Shown here: piece by piece, positions 60,458 through 64,000 of the stretch
Layout of the letters: each line of letters begins with the position of its first letter
Numbering within the stretch: position 1 is the first letter of the stretch
Origin: Ignavibacteriae bacterium HGW-Ignavibacteriae-3
Lineage (GTDB): Bacteria > Bacteroidota > Ignavibacteria > Ignavibacteriales > Melioribacteraceae
Length of the DNA: 64,000 bases
Reading direction: 5' to 3'
Assembly (NCBI GenBank): GCA_002839795.1
Contig: PGYS01000002.1
Coordinates: forward strand, 11,274 to 75,273
Position numbers and translations under genes: made by a program
Notes under the pieces: model-generated
The model's database searches: none
Seen by the model: the letters and a program-made list of their open reading frames with translations, nothing else
Told to the model about the DNA's origin: nothing

Positions 60458-61354
60458 ATGAAAAGGAGCGAAGCGCCGAGAATCTATAAAAGCCTTTCAG
60501 ATATATTTATGAAATACTTCAAAGAATATGGGAAAATGGTTTTGATCCTTTTTATTGTAACCTCTTCTTTTATTCAGGGATCGCGTGTACCTACACCGTC
60601 TATGGAAACCACCATAATGACCGGGGATTTTTTAATGACGAATAAATTAGCCTACGGACTTACAACACCGCGGAACATTCCTTTCACGGACATTTCCCTT
60701 CCTTTTACAGATCTGCTGCGATGGGGTAATCCGGAAAGAGGCGATATAGTTGTGTTTGAATTTCCGGGCAATCGCGATGAAATTAAAAACGCAAAAATAG
60801 ATAACTATGTAAAACGCTGCCTCGCTCTCCCGGGTGATTTAGTTGAAGTGCGGAATAAAATTCTATATGTAAACTGCACGGAGGCGCCGATTCCGCTTCA
60901 TATTCAGTATGAAAGAAATTTTACAATGCCGGAAAATTTTGCGGAGGAAGGAATTTTTCCCAAAGGAAGCGGCTGGAATGGGGATAATTACGGGCCGATA
61001 AAAGTTCCGGGAAAAGGGGATATTATCAATTTGACCGTATCAAATCTTGAGGAATGGAAAACTTTCATCAACAGAGAATTTGGGCGCGATGTTGTCGAGA
61101 TTAAGAACGGCAAAATTTATATAGACGGGAATGAAACAAATAAATATAAAGTTCATGACGATTATTATTTCATGATGGGGGATAACCGCGATATAAGTCT
61201 GGATTGCAGATACTGGGGATTTGTACCAAGGAGAAATGTTGTTGGAACACCAATGTTTGTTTACTGGTCATGGGACAGCAACATACCGTTTTCAGATTTT
61301 ATAAATCTGGCTTCTTCGGTACGAATCGAACGGATAGGAAAAATAGTTAATTAA
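60458..61354 (+). CDS. lepB: Signal peptidase I
   Basis: Catalytic Ser context VPTPSMETTI, Lys context YVKRCLALPGD and GDNRDISLDCRYWGFVP. Confidence 0.9.
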   Translation: MKRSEAPRIYKSLSDIFMKYFKEYGKMVLILFIVTSSFIQGSRVPTPSMETTIMTGDFLMTNKLAYGLTTPRNIPFTDISLPFTDLLRWGNPERGDIVVFEFPGNRDEIKNAKIDNYVKRCLALPGDLVEVRNKILYVNCTEAPIPLHIQYERNFTMPENFAEEGIFPKGSGWNGDNYGPIKVPGKGDIINLTVSNLEEWKTFINREFGRDVVEIKNGKIYIDGNETNKYKVHDDYYFMMGDNRDISLDCRYWGFVPRRNVVGTPMFVYWSWDSNIPFSDFINLASSVRIERIGKIVN

Positions 61355-61356
61355 AT

Positions 61357-62313
61357 TTATTCCGAATCGACGCCGGCGTATTTCATAATATATGCCGGTG
61401 TTCCGGGTTCATCTCCGAAAAAATCTTTTTTCTTCCCCTGGGTTAATGCCCAGCGGTGAATCCACGAAATTCCTCCCGCGCCGGTGAATGTATCTTTTGA
61501 TTTGTACGCTTCGTCTTCCAGCGCCTCATCAAGAGAAATGAATCCGTATCCGCTGGAGCGGATCATTTCACAAAGTCTGCTGTAATAATCCGAATTCAGC
61601 GCATTCGCGTGAATAAGCAGAATCTGGTTTATGTTCCTTCCGAATAGCGCGACAGACTGGCTCTCCCAGTAATCAAGTTTTCGTTTCATATAATCGATGT
61701 ATTCTTCGCCAATCCGTTTCATCATCTCCGTTTTGCTTGAATCGATTGCTTTTTTATAAGCAAAGGCAAAAATCCACTCTGCATTATCAAAAGTAACGGG
61801 GGCGATGGTATAACCGTGTTCCGTTAAAAATTTCTCGATCTCATTTTTAACTTCAAGACTTCTTCCTGTTTGAAGAAACGGATGCCTGAAATATTTCAAG
61901 CTCTTTCCTTTTTCCTCGACGAGTCTTTTAATTACCCTTTCCCCGTTTAGAATATCCTTTTCATATTCATCAACAGGAATTCTGTTTGCGCTTGGGTGAG
62001 AAAATGTGTGGTTGCCTAAATCCAGCCCCGCATTAAGCCATTTTCGAAGCAATTCAATTTTTTCGCCGTCATTCTTGCCTTCAACCTGAAGCTTATTCTC
62101 GTTGACAAAACCTGTCACAGGTGCGTTCTCAGATTTTATCTTCTCCAGCAGTTTATCCGTCAAGTCGTGGTTTTGCTTATTATCATATGGCTTAATGTGC
62201 TGAACCGGGAGATCATCTATGGTGATTGAAATTCTTTTGTTGGCTACATTTTGTGGGAAAACAATTGAACAGGTGAAAATGGTAATTATCAGAAAAAGAA
62301 ATCTTGATATCAT
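61357..62313 (-). CDS. Polysaccharide deacetylase (NodB homology, CE4) family protein
   Basis: Start moved to the ATG at 62313 (signal peptide MISRFLFLIITIFTCSIVF). TIDDLP and GNHTFSH metal and catalytic motifs are present. Confidence 0.8.
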   Translation of the reverse strand: MISRFLFLIITIFTCSIVFPQNVANKRISITIDDLPVQHIKPYDNKQNHDLTDKLLEKIKSENAPVTGFVNENKLQVEGKNDGEKIELLRKWLNAGLDLGNHTFSHPSANRIPVDEYEKDILNGERVIKRLVEEKGKSLKYFRHPFLQTGRSLEVKNEIEKFLTEHGYTIAPVTFDNAEWIFAFAYKKAIDSSKTEMMKRIGEEYIDYMKRKLDYWESQSVALFGRNINQILLIHANALNSDYYSRLCEMIRSSGYGFISLDEALEDEAYKSKDTFTGAGGISWIHRWALTQGKKKDFFGDEPGTPAYIMKYAGVDSE

Positions 62314-62432
62314 ATATGGATCCGATTTGATAGTGAGCGCAAAGATATCGCTGTGGAATAAGAGATTCAAATATACGGCGGGATAAAGAAGCGGGCGGAA
62401 TCAATCCGCCCGCTTAATAAGTGTGTAAAATT

Positions 62433-63716
62433 CTACTTCAGCAAAAGCATTTTTCTTGTATGAATTGCACTTCCTGCTGAAAGCTTGTAAAAATAAATTC
62501 CGCTTGATAGGCCGGAAGCGTTAAAGTCAACGGAATATTTTCCGGGCTGCAAATAACCGCTTGCTATTTCGGCTATCTCCCGTCCGATTGAATCAAATAC
62601 TTTTAAGGATACATCATAACTAGATGGAAGCGAAAAAGAAATTTTAGTTGTCGGGTTAAAAGGGTTCGGATAATTCTGACTCAGCTCGAATGAATTTGGA
62701 ATTATATTTTTATCCGCTACAGAAGTTGTTGTTAAAGGCAGCCTGTAAATCGAATAAGCAATAACGCCGCTTGTTGATTTCCAGTATCCGGCAAAATAAT
62801 ACGAACCATTTGCCGCAACAGCGTAATTGGAAAGAATGCTGTTGTTCAATCCGATTACGTCGGTTGTCAGTTCGCTCCAGCTTATGCCATTGTTGCCTGA
62901 AGAGTAATATTTCCTGTTCCCTGTTAAAAAGTCCCCAAATGTGGAAATTAATTTACTTCCGTTTGCTCCGATGCTTATCGGCGAATTAAATGAACCGGGT
63001 GTATAGTTATTCTCCCAGGAATTTGTTGATAAATTATATTTATAGATTCCCGAAAATCCGGCCATTCCCCAAACGTCATTATTCAGTTTATAAACAACTC
63101 CTATGTTTGAGGTGCCGTTTTTTAATGTCCAGTTTAATCCTGCATCTGTCGATACAACACATCCAACCCCTTCCAACACGGCAAGATATGTATTGCCGGA
63201 AACCGCAAAACTTAATATTCCCGATGTTCCCGTATAGTTAATAATAATTTCTGTCCATGTGGTTCCGCCGTCGGCGGATCTGTAAATAGATCTTCTGTTT
63301 GAGACGGCGAACAGATTATTTCCATCCGAAGCCATGCTTAGAATGGCGCCGTTTCCGGAACCGCGGATGATGTTGGATTTTTCCGTCCAGGTCAATCCGT
63401 CATCCGTTGATGCATAAAAAGAGTATTTTGTGGTTCCGAGAGTAGTAGTTACAGCAAAAACAGTATTTCCATAACTTAACATAAAGTACACCGTATAAGG
63501 AAAGGATGATGATATATCCGTCCATGTTGTTCCATTATCGCCCGATCTAAGCGTTTGATTTGTGTTGTTCCCGTAGCCGGTCTGAAATAAAACATTTTTA
63601 TGTATGTACAGTGAAGCACCATTGGCCCACGTACTGTTAGTATAGACTTTTTCCCACTGTGCGTGTAAGTTGTATGAAACTCCAAACAGAATTAATAATA
63701 GTATTTTCTTAATCAT
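62433..63716 (-). CDS. T9SS-sorted BNR/Asp-box beta-propeller protein
   Basis: Signal peptide and five SxDxGxTW-type Asp boxes (SGDNGTTWTD, STDDGLTWTE, SADGGTTWTE, STDAGLNWT, SGNNGISWSE). C-terminal Por tail: NYPNPFNPTTKISFSL...GIYFYKLSAGSAIHTRKMLLLK. Confidence 0.75.
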   Translation of the reverse strand: MIKKILLLILFGVSYNLHAQWEKVYTNSTWANGASLYIHKNVLFQTGYGNNTNQTLRSGDNGTTWTDISSSFPYTVYFMLSYGNTVFAVTTTLGTTKYSFYASTDDGLTWTEKSNIIRGSGNGAILSMASDGNNLFAVSNRRSIYRSADGGTTWTEIIINYTGTSGILSFAVSGNTYLAVLEGVGCVVSTDAGLNWTLKNGTSNIGVVYKLNNDVWGMAGFSGIYKYNLSTNSWENNYTPGSFNSPISIGANGSKLISTFGDFLTGNRKYYSSGNNGISWSELTTDVIGLNNSILSNYAVAANGSYYFAGYWKSTSGVIAYSIYRLPLTTTSVADKNIIPNSFELSQNYPNPFNPTTKISFSLPSSYDVSLKVFDSIGREIAEIASGYLQPGKYSVDFNASGLSSGIYFYKLSAGSAIHTRKMLLLK

Positions 63717-64000
63717 TTCATCTCCCGAATAATTATTATTTAAGCACCATCATTTTATTTGCAATTTGCTCACCGGTTTGATATATAATTCCACAACAGC
63801 AGTACCGGGAAAAAGCTTGATTCACCGGAGTATCTTCTTAATTTCTGCTGTAAAAAGATAATGGGACTTCGTGCCCGCTTCAATACGGCAGATGCCGTAT
63901 TTTGCTCCTCCTGGTTAAAGATGGGTTGAGTCGGGTTAGATAATGTTATGCTTCTGGGCTTTTTGAATGGCTTGGATTTTATTATGAACTTCTAATTTTT

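Noticed and set aside
1-64000. Search for CRISPR arrays, tRNA/rRNA genes, IS elements, integrases, phage or defence-island genes
   Set aside because: By eye I found no spaced direct-repeat array, no cloverleaf-compatible segment in the few long spacers, and no transposase-, integrase- or recombinase-like ORF. The window looks like core chromosome with accessory operons, not a mobile island. A tRNAscan or Infernal run would be needed for certainty.

Overview
AT-rich, densely coding chromosomal segment of about 57 protein genes, mostly on the minus strand. I recognised no rRNA, tRNA, CRISPR array, transposase or integrase. Por/T9SS C-terminal sorting domains (QNYPNPFNP...KMLLLK), DUF3078/DUF2911/Omp28-type envelope proteins and Shine-Dalgarno usage suggest an FCB-group bacterium (Ignavibacteriota/Bacteroidota-like). 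That taxonomy is inference only. Housekeeping content includes a 9-gene branched-chain amino acid operon (ilvD-ilvB-ilvN-ilvC-leuB-leuA-leuC-leuD-cimA) and uvrB, ispH, lepB, sufE, dgt and a CDF transporter. It also includes pepC, isoaspartyl peptidase, an S9 peptidase, a class D beta-lactamase, a Cache-PAS histidine kinase with a receiver protein, and two ECF sigma/zinc-finger anti-sigma pairs. Three things stand out. (1) A tightly packed minus-strand cluster (16919-24477) reads ECF sigma, HxxxCxxC anti-sigma, a secreted Lys-rich precursor whose five Cys all sit in KCG motifs (two GKCGEGKCG repeats), a DUF692/MNIO oxidase, a DUF2063 partner and DoxX. It continues into a TlpA redoxin, two outer-membrane barrels and a T9SS-sorted CxxC protein. 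This looks like an uncharacterised RiPP metallophore-type system with an envelope extension. (2) A 1872-aa ORF (26615-32233) fuses class I/II aminotransferase modules to a collinear but catalytically divergent PEP-carboxylase-like domain. It lies between an SPFH gene and a decayed glutamate synthase (gltB) relic. (3) A candidate Ile/Leu-rich leader peptide with alternative hairpins and a U-run lies directly upstream of ilvD. All family calls come from motif reading and memory, not database searches.
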